Assembly (NCBI GenBank): GCA_964474085.1
Contig: CAYYRJ010000004.1
Coordinates: 11,656 to 75,655, forward strand
Direction of reading: 5' to 3'
Origin: an uncultured Planctomycetales bacterium
Lineage (GTDB): Bacteria; Omnitrophota; Gorgyraeia; Zapsychrales; JANLHA01
DNA: 64,000 bases
Shown here: one piece after another, positions 1 through 8,260 of the stretch
Numbering within the stretch: position 1 is the stretch's first letter
Layout: every line of letters starts with the position of its first letter
The notes under the pieces: generated by a model
Told to the model about the DNA's origin: nothing
Database searches by the model: none
The model's input: the letters and a program-made list of their open reading frames with translations, nothing else
Position numbers and translations under genes: made by a program

Positions 1-575
1 ATCAACCAGCTCAAATCAAAATTTCAACGAAAGAATCGGTAGGGGTTAAACAGTCGACACAGTCCGCTCAAAACTTGGCAACCCAAACTCAAGAAGCTGA
101 GCGGGTTGAAACCGGCGTTTTTTTAACCGTAACACCTCAAGTTGATATTCTCAATAAAGAAATCACCATGGCTGTTGTTCCCAAAGTTATTACAACGCGT
201 CTGAGCACCGTATTTAATAATAATACTTTCTTTAAAGATCCCGAAGAGAGAGGTTCTTTATCACTTTTAAGAGTTGCCAACGGAGACACAGTTGTATTAG
301 GCGGGCTTCTTCGCGAAGATCGAACAACAGCGATAACAAAGCTTCCGATATTAGGAGATATTCCATTTATCGGAGCCGCATTCCGCCATCGTAGCGATAG
401 TATTGCAAATCGGGAACTCATCATTTTTTTAACTCCCCATATTCTTGACGAAGGATTAGAAAAAACTGTTTCAAGTTCTAAAAGACCGATTTTGCGTGAA
501 AAACGTGAACAAACAACAAGTCGCATGGAAACAGTTGAACGTGAACTTTCAAAATCAAAAAGAAAAAAATTATAA
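1..575 (+). CDS. pilQ: Type IV pilus secretin PilQ, C-terminal part; 5' end lies outside the window (frame open from pos 3)
   Basis: Secretin C-domain signature VLGGLLREDRTTAITKLPILGDIPFIGAAFRHRSDSIANRELIIFLTPHIL. The frame is open to the window start. It lies directly upstream of pilB/pilC. Confidence 0.8.
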   Translation, partial: QPAQIKISTKESVGVKQSTQSAQNLATQTQEAERVETGVFLTVTPQVDILNKEITMAVVPKVITTRLSTVFNNNTFFKDPEERGSLSLLRVANGDTVVLGGLLREDRTTAITKLPILGDIPFIGAAFRHRSDSIANRELIIFLTPHILDEGLEKTVSSSKRPILREKREQTTSRMETVERELSKSKRKKL

Positions 576-576
576 T

Positions 577-2292
577 ATGGCTCACTTTAAACTCGGCGAA
601 ATTCTCCTACAGCAAGGCTTGATTAACGAAGCGCAGCTGCGCGAAGCTATACAAGTCCAAAAAAAAGAACCCGGCCGCATCGGTGAAATCTTAATTAAGT
701 TAGGTTTCTTGACGGAAGAAGACATTGTCGCAGCTTTAGGAAGCCAATTAAATATTCCACACGCAAGCACTCAGAACAATCTTCTTAAACCACGCGTCGA
801 ACAAAATCTTGACAAAATTGTTCCCTATGACTTTGCAAAAACAAATCTCGTCCTACCTTTAAATAAAGAAGAAAACAAATTAACCTGTGCGATCGAAGAC
901 CCGCTTGATCTTTTGATGCTCGATAACTTACGAATGGTCTGCGGCTGCGAACTTTCACTAGTGCTTGCAACACGCTCGGACCTTATGGCAGCGATTCAAA
1001 ATTTTTATACCCTTGCGCGATCAAGTTCGACAAATCCGGCAGCGATACCATCAGATAACGTCGATACAGAAACTCCAGTTCCATCTGACCCCAAAATGGG
1101 TGGAAAAGATGGCAACAACCTCGATGATCTTATTGAAAAAGCCGAAGAGCCGCCGGTTATCAAGCTCGTCGACCTGATCATTCGTCAGGCGATTGAACAA
1201 CGGGGAAGCGATATTCATATTGAATCCTACAAAGACAAAATTAATCTGCGTTATCGTATTGACGGCGTGCTTTATCAGATTCCGCCACCGGCTAGGCATC
1301 TTCTGTTGCCAATCGTTTCCCGTATCAAAATTTTGGCTAAATTAGACATTGCCGAAAAAAGATTACCGCAGGACGGTTCAATTGCTTTTAAAATGGGCGA
1401 CCGAACAGTTGACTTGCGTATTTCAACCGTACCGACGGTATGGGGCGAAAAAGTCGTTATGCGTATTCTTGATAAATCTGCTGTCCCTCTGCGACTTGAA
1501 AATTTAGGATTTACTGAAGCGCAACTTGAACGAATCCGAAAATCGTTAAAACGTCCTTACGGTTTATTTTTCGTTACCGGCCCGACAGGAAGCGGTAAAT
1601 CCACAACACTATATGCTTCTTTACATGAGGTTATGGATCCCCGAAAAAACATTGTCACAGCTGAAGATCCTGTCGAATTTAAAATCGACGGCATCAATCA
1701 AGTTGCCGTGCGGCCAGACATCGGTTTAACATTTGCTTCTGTTTTACGCGCTTTCTTACGACAAGATCCGGATATCATCATGGTCGGTGAGGTTCGTGAT
1801 CTTGAAACTGCCCAAATTTGCGTCCGTGCGGCTTTAACCGGGCACTTTGTTCTCAGTACGTTGCACACCAATGACGCCGCCTCGGCGATTACGCGTCTGA
1901 TGGATATTGGGATTGAATCCTATCTTTTAACACCGTCTCTTTCAATGATTATCGCACAACGTTTAGCACGCCGGCTGTGTTCAAAGTGCAAAGAACCTAT
2001 GGAGCCAAATCCTGACCTTTTAGGCGGACTTAAATTTAATAGCGATCTTATTTATAAAGCTGCTGGCTGTGATGAATGCAATCACACCGGGTACCGCGGA
2101 CGGCTTGTTGTGACGGAAGCCATGGTCATCGACGACACACTCCGAGAACTCATGACCAAAAAGGCCGGATATTCAGAAATTCTTGATGCTGCACGAAAAG
2201 GGGGGATGGATACCCTTTTTGAAGATGGCCTGAAGAAAGTTGATGCAGGATTAACCAGTTTGGATGAAATATTAAGTGTCACCGCACTATAA
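577..2292 (+). CDS. pilB: Type IV pilus assembly ATPase PilB (GspE family)
   Basis: N-terminal T2SSE_N-like domain (GEILLQQGLINEAQLREAIQ), Walker A GPTGSGKSTT, Asp box, His box, and C-terminal tetracysteine CSKC...CDEC. ATG at 577 is 1 nt after the pilQ stop; the ORF-track start at 496 is rejected. Confidence 0.93.
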   Translation: MAHFKLGEILLQQGLINEAQLREAIQVQKKEPGRIGEILIKLGFLTEEDIVAALGSQLNIPHASTQNNLLKPRVEQNLDKIVPYDFAKTNLVLPLNKEENKLTCAIEDPLDLLMLDNLRMVCGCELSLVLATRSDLMAAIQNFYTLARSSSTNPAAIPSDNVDTETPVPSDPKMGGKDGNNLDDLIEKAEEPPVIKLVDLIIRQAIEQRGSDIHIESYKDKINLRYRIDGVLYQIPPPARHLLLPIVSRIKILAKLDIAEKRLPQDGSIAFKMGDRTVDLRISTVPTVWGEKVVMRILDKSAVPLRLENLGFTEAQLERIRKSLKRPYGLFFVTGPTGSGKSTTLYASLHEVMDPRKNIVTAEDPVEFKIDGINQVAVRPDIGLTFASVLRAFLRQDPDIIMVGEVRDLETAQICVRAALTGHFVLSTLHTNDAASAITRLMDIGIESYLLTPSLSMIIAQRLARRLCSKCKEPMEPNPDLLGGLKFNSDLIYKAAGCDECNHTGYRGRLVVTEAMVIDDTLRELMTKKAGYSEILDAARKGGMDTLFEDGLKKVDAGLTSLDEILSVTAL

Positions 2293-2310
2293 AATTTTGG
2301 AGAACCCCAA

Positions 2311-3558
2311 GTGCCACGATTTCACTATATCGCCAAAGATTCTACGGGTAAAAGCATAACCGAAGATATCGAAGCTTTTGATAAAGCCAGCCTCATCGCT
2401 CAATTACAACAAAAAGGTTATTTTATCCTTTCCGTTGAAGAACACGCAAGTTTTGCAACCCAAGTTGAAACAACAAAAGAGATCTCCAGAAAATTCACGC
2501 ACAATGGCATTAAGCTGATGGATATGCTCAACTTTGCGAATCAGTTGGCGACCATGCTTGATTCTGGCATCACGATTTTGCGTGCCCTTGAAGTTATCAC
2601 CGACCAGGTTGAAAGCAAAAACTTCTATGGTATTCTTCAAAAAGTCAACGCTGACGTAGAGCAAGGGAGCTCCTTAAGCGAAGCGCTGGCCCGTTTTCCA
2701 AAAGTCTTCGATCAGCTTTGGGTCAGTTTAATTGAAGTCGGAGAAGCGTCAGGAACAATGCCAAAAGTTTTAAAAAAGCTCGCGTTTTATCTTGAACAAA
2801 AAGCGGCCTTTAACTCAACCGTTACATCCGCCGTTATGTATCCTATGGTGCTTTTTTGTGTCTGTTTAGGGGCAATCACATTTTTTGCCCTGTTTGTCGG
2901 CCCACGATTTGAAAGTATTTTTAATACGATGCACGTTGAACTTCCTCTGATCACACGCGTACTTTTGTCGACATTCCGTTTTATTAAACAAAACTTTTTA
3001 ATGTTAGTCTTTAGTGTTGTCGCCGCTATTTTTCTTTTTAAAAAATATGCTAAAACTTCCGTTGGACGTGCGCATGTTGAACAATTTCTCTTTAGTATGC
3101 CAGTTTTTGGCAATATCACAAAATTAATCGTTATTGAGCGTTTCTCTTCACAAATGTCTATTTTAGTCGACAGCGGAGTGCCAATTCTTTATGCTTTAGA
3201 CATTACACAGCGGCTTGTCGATAACTCAATTTGCGCCAACGTGATCAATGACATTAAAGAAAGTGTCCGCCAAGGCGAACTGCTTGTGGCACCCATGGAA
3301 CGCAGCAAATTCTTTCCGTCGATGTGCATTCAGATGATTTCCGTCGGCGAAGAAACCGGCGAGCTTAGTAAAATGCTTACGCATGTCGCAAATTATTATC
3401 AACAAACCGTTGAAACATTTATGAAACGTTTAGGGACACTCATTGAACCGTTTATGCTTGTTTTTATGGGTGGGGTTATCGGGGTCATCGTCCTAGCCAT
3501 GTTTTTGCCGATGTTTAATATCGCGCAATTAGGCGGAGCGGGAGGAGCTAAACATTAA
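2311..3558 (+). CDS. pilC: Type IV pilus platform protein PilC (GspF family)
   Basis: GspF/PilC two-repeat architecture; N-terminus MPRFHYIAKDSTGKSITEDIEA is typical of PilC; three TM segments. GTG start. Confidence 0.93.
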   Translation: MPRFHYIAKDSTGKSITEDIEAFDKASLIAQLQQKGYFILSVEEHASFATQVETTKEISRKFTHNGIKLMDMLNFANQLATMLDSGITILRALEVITDQVESKNFYGILQKVNADVEQGSSLSEALARFPKVFDQLWVSLIEVGEASGTMPKVLKKLAFYLEQKAAFNSTVTSAVMYPMVLFCVCLGAITFFALFVGPRFESIFNTMHVELPLITRVLLSTFRFIKQNFLMLVFSVVAAIFLFKKYAKTSVGRAHVEQFLFSMPVFGNITKLIVIERFSSQMSILVDSGVPILYALDITQRLVDNSICANVINDIKESVRQGELLVAPMERSKFFPSMCIQMISVGEETGELSKMLTHVANYYQQTVETFMKRLGTLIEPFMLVFMGGVIGVIVLAMFLPMFNIAQLGGAGGAKH

Positions 3559-3570
3559 AAACTTGATGCC

Positions 3571-5334
3571 ATGAATCTTGCACAAAAAAACCATCGTTTT
3601 ACTGCTATTTTTTCCCTCATTTTATTAACACTTATTTTTATCTGTCATGGGCTGTCGTTAAAAGCACAGTTTATGATTGATGACTCCTCGCATTTAGCAC
3701 CTAATCAAACACAAGCTTTTTATGTAAATTTCTTTGATTTTTTTATCCGAATTTATGGACACCACTATAATCCGCTTGATATTCTGCTTAATTTTTTTGT
3801 TTTTAAACTATTCCCAATCCCAGCTTATTTATATGCATTTAATCTGCTATTATTTTACACAAACTGCATTTTGCTTTTTTTAAACGTTAAAATCTGGACA
3901 CAAAACCAAGTTCTCGCCGCGACAACTGCAATCTTATTTTGTATTCATCCGATTAATGCCGAAAACTTAAGCCACATAACACTTAATACAATATTTTTCT
4001 GTGCAATATTTCTTCAATTAAGCATGCTTGGATTTTGGAAATATATTTGTTCTCCAAGAGAGCATAAAGTCTGGTTTTATCTAAGTCTCACGTTTTTTCT
4101 ACTTGGACTTTTGTTCTTGGAAACAGCATTGCTTTTTCCAGCATATCTATGCTTATTATGTTTAATCAAACCAGCAAGAGAACGACTGAGGATATTCTTT
4201 TTAAGTTTACCTTTTTGGACTCTTTCGATCTCGTATTTTATTTTGTGGTTTTACATGACACAAGATGGGAGCCAATTAGATCAAAAAGTTTTCCACTTAA
4301 AAATTTCACCCATTAGCTACTTAGCGACTTTAGGCTTATTATCGAAATGGTATTTAGGAAATATGTTTTTCCCTAACGACCCCGTTTTTATAAAAAGTTC
4401 AGCTGTTATAACAGAAAATTTAATACCTTGGATTTCTGGACTAACGATATCTATTGTCATAATTATCGTTCTTATCTATCGCTGGAGAAAAACACTAAAA
4501 AGTTTTGCAATTTTATGGTTTCTCGTTGGGTTCATTTTCATGTTTCCTGCAAGCTTGATGCATGCCTATCAAATGGGCATGGTCATCGAACCAAACTGGT
4601 TTTTCTTTTCATCAATGGGCTTTTTTATATTTTTTGCTTCAATACTAGCCGATTTAAGCAAAAAAATACAACCCGTCCTTGCTCATACGTTGCTTGGAAC
4701 CATTGTTTTTTTCTGGATCGTATCATCTTACCATCATCATCTTATCGCAAAGTCTGAAATAAGTTATTTAGAGTATTGGTTATCAATAAGTCGGGGCAAC
4801 TGTATGCCATCTTTTAGACTCGCCTACTTATATGGACTCCCGGACTCTAGAAAAATCCCGAAAAAAATGATCTTTGATATGGATAGACAAGTAGATTTAT
4901 CGATAAAAAGAAGAGAATACCAGGAAGCTGCTAATTTAATCGATAAATTAATATTATCAGCCCCTGAAGATCCTAATCAGAAAATTTGGGAATCTAAACA
5001 AAAAGCGCTATCGATCCGTTTAGCAAAAACACCTGATAATGAAATTCTGATGGATCAACTAAAATCCAACAAACTATCCCTTCAAGAGTATCTACTAATT
5101 GCCGTAGAACTAGACAAAATTGACCTTCATGAACAAGCGATATCAATTCTTGATCATAGCCTTAGTCTTTATCCGAATGACGTTAATACAACCTATCTAA
5201 AAGCAATAATTCTTTCTAATCAAAACCACTTTAAAGAAGCTCTGGCAATTTTAAGCACAAATCCTTCCAATGACGCTCGTTTTGTTGCCTTGACGAAACA
5301 AATCCATGAATTGGAATCTAAATTCCCAGAATAA
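3571..5334 (+). CDS. Polytopic membrane protein with C-terminal TPR repeats; TMTC/PMT_2-like GT-C glycosyltransferase candidate
   Basis: About 11 TM helices, then TPR-like repeats. It is a paralog of the 8261-10246 (-) protein; shared motifs are HYNPLD and VIEPNWFFFSSMGFFI. Confidence 0.5.
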   Translation: MNLAQKNHRFTAIFSLILLTLIFICHGLSLKAQFMIDDSSHLAPNQTQAFYVNFFDFFIRIYGHHYNPLDILLNFFVFKLFPIPAYLYAFNLLLFYTNCILLFLNVKIWTQNQVLAATTAILFCIHPINAENLSHITLNTIFFCAIFLQLSMLGFWKYICSPREHKVWFYLSLTFFLLGLLFLETALLFPAYLCLLCLIKPARERLRIFFLSLPFWTLSISYFILWFYMTQDGSQLDQKVFHLKISPISYLATLGLLSKWYLGNMFFPNDPVFIKSSAVITENLIPWISGLTISIVIIIVLIYRWRKTLKSFAILWFLVGFIFMFPASLMHAYQMGMVIEPNWFFFSSMGFFIFFASILADLSKKIQPVLAHTLLGTIVFFWIVSSYHHHLIAKSEISYLEYWLSISRGNCMPSFRLAYLYGLPDSRKIPKKMIFDMDRQVDLSIKRREYQEAANLIDKLILSAPEDPNQKIWESKQKALSIRLAKTPDNEILMDQLKSNKLSLQEYLLIAVELDKIDLHEQAISILDHSLSLYPNDVNTTYLKAIILSNQNHFKEALAILSTNPSNDARFVALTKQIHELESKFPE

Positions 5335-5443
5335 TGTAAAACCTAGCAATACAAGAAATCACATATTTTTAACCCCCCACCTTGTAATCAACAATTTTCT
5401 ATGTTATACATGACCTAGAAACGTACCCATTGAAAAAGGTAAA

Positions 5444-5459
5444 CTATCCGTAAGGATAG
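5444..5459 (+). promoter_or_regulatory. Small hairpin CTATCC-GTAA-GGATAG, the first of two direct-repeat motifs (AAACTAT..GGATAG) upstream of pilA1
   Basis: Read directly from the sequence. A second copy lies at 5502-5521, overlapping a weak -24/-12-like GG-N10-GC (GG 5514-15, GC 5526-27). Confidence 0.2.
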
Positions 5460-5711
5460 GGCACAAAACTAGAGGGTCCCTAAAATACAGATAACGATTT
5501 AAAACTATGCTAGGGATAGCCAGTTGCCAACAAACACAAAATATTTTGGTAAATGTGCCTATTCTAAGGTAGAATGCAACATACGAATAGGCTTTTTTAT
5601 TTAACCTGACAACCCTTGAAAGGAGTGATGACGCGACAAAAATGTTCGGTTTTAAATCCAATAAAATAAAAAAAACGTAAAATCTGAAAGTCAACATAAA
5701 GGAGAAATTCA

Positions 5712-6131
5712 ATGAAACTTATGAAAAATAAAAGCGGTTTTACTTTGCTCGAAATTATCATTGTTGTTATCATCGTCGGTGTTCTAGCCAGCTTGGCTTT
5801 ACCAAGATTCTTTAGCACGGTCGAATTTTCACGCGCTCAAGAAGCTTTATCCGGCATTGCAACAATTCGCGGTGGTCTGGAACGTTATTATGTTTCTAAG
5901 GGAAATACCTATTCTGGTGCTTCAACAGCAAATATTGATACCGGCGATCCCTTAGCTGGTCAACCCAATGCACACTTTGCCTTAGCGGTTAGCGCTACAA
6001 CCGCAAGTTCATACACAATTACAGCTACACGTAATACTGTTGACGGTGGGACTGCCACACACACCGTTGTTCTCCAGCAAGCAGGAACTATTTCGCGCTC
6101 TGGTACGACTGCATTTGCTGGTATTAATTAG
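5712..6131 (+). CDS. pilA: Type IV major pilin (prepilin), copy 1
   Basis: Class III signal MKLMKNKSG|FTLLEIIIVVIIVGVLASLALP with Glu+5 and a short basic leader. Ser/Thr/Ala-rich C-terminal half; no Cys. RBS aaggag upstream. Confidence 0.92.
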   Translation: MKLMKNKSGFTLLEIIIVVIIVGVLASLALPRFFSTVEFSRAQEALSGIATIRGGLERYYVSKGNTYSGASTANIDTGDPLAGQPNAHFALAVSATTASSYTITATRNTVDGGTATHTVVLQQAGTISRSGTTAFAGIN

Positions 6132-6153
6132 TTTATAGTAGTATACGCTATAG

Positions 6154-6206
6154 TCGAAGCAGCATCGGAGGAAGATTTATAGACGTATCCTCTGATGTTG
6201 CTTCGA
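6154..6206 (+). other. Stable RNA hairpin downstream of pilA copy 1 (18-bp stem with 2 G-U pairs, 17-nt loop); no U-tract
   Basis: TCGAAGCAGCATCGGAGG ... CCTCTGATGTTGCTTCGA, read directly. Confidence 0.6.
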
Positions 6207-6234
6207 TATATATAATTGAAGGGAGTACCTCCTT

Positions 6235-6645
6235 ATGTCAGCCAAGAATGGTTTTACTTTGCTTGAAATTATTATTGTTGTTATCATCGTTGGTGTTTTA
6301 GCCAGTTTAGCTTTGCCAAGATTCTTTAGCACCGTCGAATTTTCACGCGCTCAAGAAGCTTTATCCGCCATTGCAACAATTCGCGGTGGTCTGGAACGTT
6401 ATTATGTTTCTAAGGGAAATACTTATTCTGGGGCATCCACATCTAATATCGATACAGGGAACCCTTTAGCTGGTCAACCCAATGCACACTTTGGCCTAGC
6501 GGTTACCGCTACAACTGCAAGTTCATACACAATTACAGCTACACGTAATACTGTTGACGGTGGGACTGCCACACACACCGTTGTTCTCCAGCAAGCAGGA
6601 ACTATTTCGCGCTCTGGTACGACTGCATTTGCTGGTATTAACTAG
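6235..6645 (+). CDS. pilA: Type IV major pilin (prepilin), copy 2, tandem near-identical paralog
   Basis: MSAKNG|FTLLEIIIVVIIVGVLASLALP. About 6 aa substitutions versus copy 1 over the mature protein; the leader peptide differs. Confidence 0.92.
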   Translation: MSAKNGFTLLEIIIVVIIVGVLASLALPRFFSTVEFSRAQEALSAIATIRGGLERYYVSKGNTYSGASTSNIDTGNPLAGQPNAHFGLAVTATTASSYTITATRNTVDGGTATHTVVLQQAGTISRSGTTAFAGIN

Positions 6646-6671
6646 TACTTAAGTTTTAGTGTTTAATCAAT

Positions 6672-6725
6672 ATCGAAGCAGCATCAGGGAAAGGTTTACA
6701 GTTGATCCTCTGATATTGCTTCGAT
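6672..6725 (+). other. Second copy of the pilA-downstream hairpin element (about 17-bp stem, 1 mismatch)
   Basis: ATCGAAGCAGCATCAGGG ... CCTCTGATATTGCTTCGAT. It is homologous to 6154-6206. Confidence 0.6.
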
Positions 6726-6757
6726 GCTTACTTAAAGATTGTTCTTCTATAAACCTT

Positions 6758-7216
6758 ATGAAAAACTCTCCTGACAAAAAAGCATTTACGATCATGGAAA
6801 TTCTCATCGTCGTAATTATCGTCGGCATCATTGCTGCTTTTGCCATTCCTAACTATGGTAATTCCGTTGCCAGAACTCATTTACAAGACGCCATCATGCA
6901 ACTTTCGGCAATCCGTACAGCTAATCAACTTTACTTTGCACGAACATCTTCATACTGGCCGACAGCAACTTATACCGGTACCCGTAATGTTAATGACATT
7001 AATTCCAACCTTAGTCTTAATATTATTGAAAACTCAATGATATACACCTGCAATGCGTATGTAAGTCCAACAACATTTACGTGTACCGCGACTTCTACGC
7101 CAGCTGCCAGAAGTTTTACGGTTACAGTGACCGAAGCTCCATTAGTTACTAGTACCCCACCTGCGGTGACTGATAACCCAAGATGTACGGCAGGGACAGC
7201 GCCTTGCCCTCAATAA
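6758..7216 (+). CDS. Type IV pilin-like protein with Ala at -1 and an S/T/P-rich C-terminal tail containing a Cys pair
   Basis: MKNSPDKKA|FTIMEILIVVIIVGIIAAFAIPNY. Tail is TCTATSTPAARSFTVTVTEAPLVTSTPPAVTDNPRCTAGTAPCPQ. Start chosen at 6758 because the ORF-track 5' extension (6659) is occupied by the hairpin. Confidence 0.85.
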   Translation: MKNSPDKKAFTIMEILIVVIIVGIIAAFAIPNYGNSVARTHLQDAIMQLSAIRTANQLYFARTSSYWPTATYTGTRNVNDINSNLSLNIIENSMIYTCNAYVSPTTFTCTATSTPAARSFTVTVTEAPLVTSTPPAVTDNPRCTAGTAPCPQ

Positions 7217-7233
7217 TTTATTTAAGGTAATTT

Positions 7234-7599
7234 ATGAAAATCCTTCGATTGCTCAGAAAAAACAATAAGCTCAAGGCCTTCACGATGACAGAAGTGGTCA
7301 TTGCAACGCTTATTTTTTCATTGGCAATGGCTGGAGTTTTTGCAAGCATTTCCAATCTACGCCAACCTGCCATCGAATCAACCCAAGAGGTAACCGCCGC
7401 ATTTATTGGGAAAAGAATTCTCGAAAATTTACGCAAAGATGTCAGCGCGGCAACCTGGAACAGTGAGAATCTAGCTATAGGGACCTACGGCCCAATTGAA
7501 GCAGCTACTGTCGGGAATCAAACTTATTACTACAACTACATCGTTGCAGCTGATCCAGCAACAAATGCGCGACAAGTGACGCTCGATGTCTATTGGTAA
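7234..7599 (+). CDS. Minor pilin / pseudopilin
   Basis: MKILRLLRKNNKLKA|FTMTEVVIATLIFSLAMAGVFA prepilin-type N-terminus with Glu+5 and Ala at -1. Confidence 0.8.
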   Translation: MKILRLLRKNNKLKAFTMTEVVIATLIFSLAMAGVFASISNLRQPAIESTQEVTAAFIGKRILENLRKDVSAATWNSENLAIGTYGPIEAATVGNQTYYYNYIVAADPATNARQVTLDVYW

Positions 7600-7606
7600 T
7601 GACGAA

Positions 7607-8245
7607 ATGAACATCAAATCTCTTTCCAATCATGCGATGACCTTAACCGAGCTTATTGTGGCTTCGGTTTTAGTCGGGATTGTCACTTTGGGGCTCGTGG
7701 CCGCCGAACAGGCCGTGCGCATGTCTCGCCAATCTTCAAACCGTGATGCCCAAATCTCCGCACAAATGCAAGCTGCAATGATGCGCATAAGCAAAGACTC
7801 AAATTCAACGGTCGGCGATTTTTCAAATACAGGAATATACCAATATGCCGTTGTAAACGACATAACAATATGTTTTCGACATGCAAACGGAGATGCTAAT
7901 AGTTATACGGATGACCTCTGGAATTGTTGGTGGGCCAACAGATCCTCAAGGGCATTAGCAAGTTGTGAAAACTTAGTAAATCCTGTGACTACATGTGCCG
8001 GACAAGCTAGCCTCTTAACTTGGACGACACTGACTTTTGAAGGAACTTACCAAACATTTTATTCAGTTTTTGATGTCACTGATGGAATCGTTGCTCCCGC
8101 AGGTGCCAATATCACTAACACAAAAATTTCATATATCCAAATTGACCTAAGATCCCGCCCTAATCCAACACTCCCTGAACACCCAATCGAAAATCCTAAT
8201 TATAGGCTCACGTCAAGAATTAGTCCGGTAGGATTGAGTCGATAA
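7607..8245 (+). CDS. Minor pilin / pseudopilin
   Basis: MNIKSLSNHA|MTLTELIVASVLVGIVTLGLVA prepilin-type N-terminus. ATG at 7607 follows the stop of the previous gene. Confidence 0.75.
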   Translation: MNIKSLSNHAMTLTELIVASVLVGIVTLGLVAAEQAVRMSRQSSNRDAQISAQMQAAMMRISKDSNSTVGDFSNTGIYQYAVVNDITICFRHANGDANSYTDDLWNCWWANRSSRALASCENLVNPVTTCAGQASLLTWTTLTFEGTYQTFYSVFDVTDGIVAPAGANITNTKISYIQIDLRSRPNPTLPEHPIENPNYRLTSRISPVGLSR

Positions 8246-8260
8246 CTTAACAGGAATATT

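Noticed and set aside
137-526. Antisense ORFs inside well-supported genes (e.g. 137-526 -, 582-770 -, 62625-63326 -, 53487-53936 -)
   Set aside because: They overlap strongly conserved coding frames (PilQ, PilB, AlaS, epimerase-PGT) on the opposite strand and have low-complexity translations with no motifs. They are treated as spurious.
496-576. Upstream start (496) for pilB from the ORF track
   Set aside because: It would overlap the pilQ C-terminus by 80 nt. The canonical PilB N-terminus (MAHFKLGEIL...) begins at the ATG at 577, right after the pilQ stop.
5335-5711. c-di-GMP (GEMM) riboswitch upstream of pilA1
   Set aside because: Only small hairpins and direct repeats are present. No GEMM-I/II conserved core could be matched by eye.
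6659-6757. Long 5' extension of the third pilin ORF
   Set aside because: The extension is occupied by the conserved hairpin element and yields no signal-peptide-like sequence. The prepilin leader begins at the ATG at 6758.
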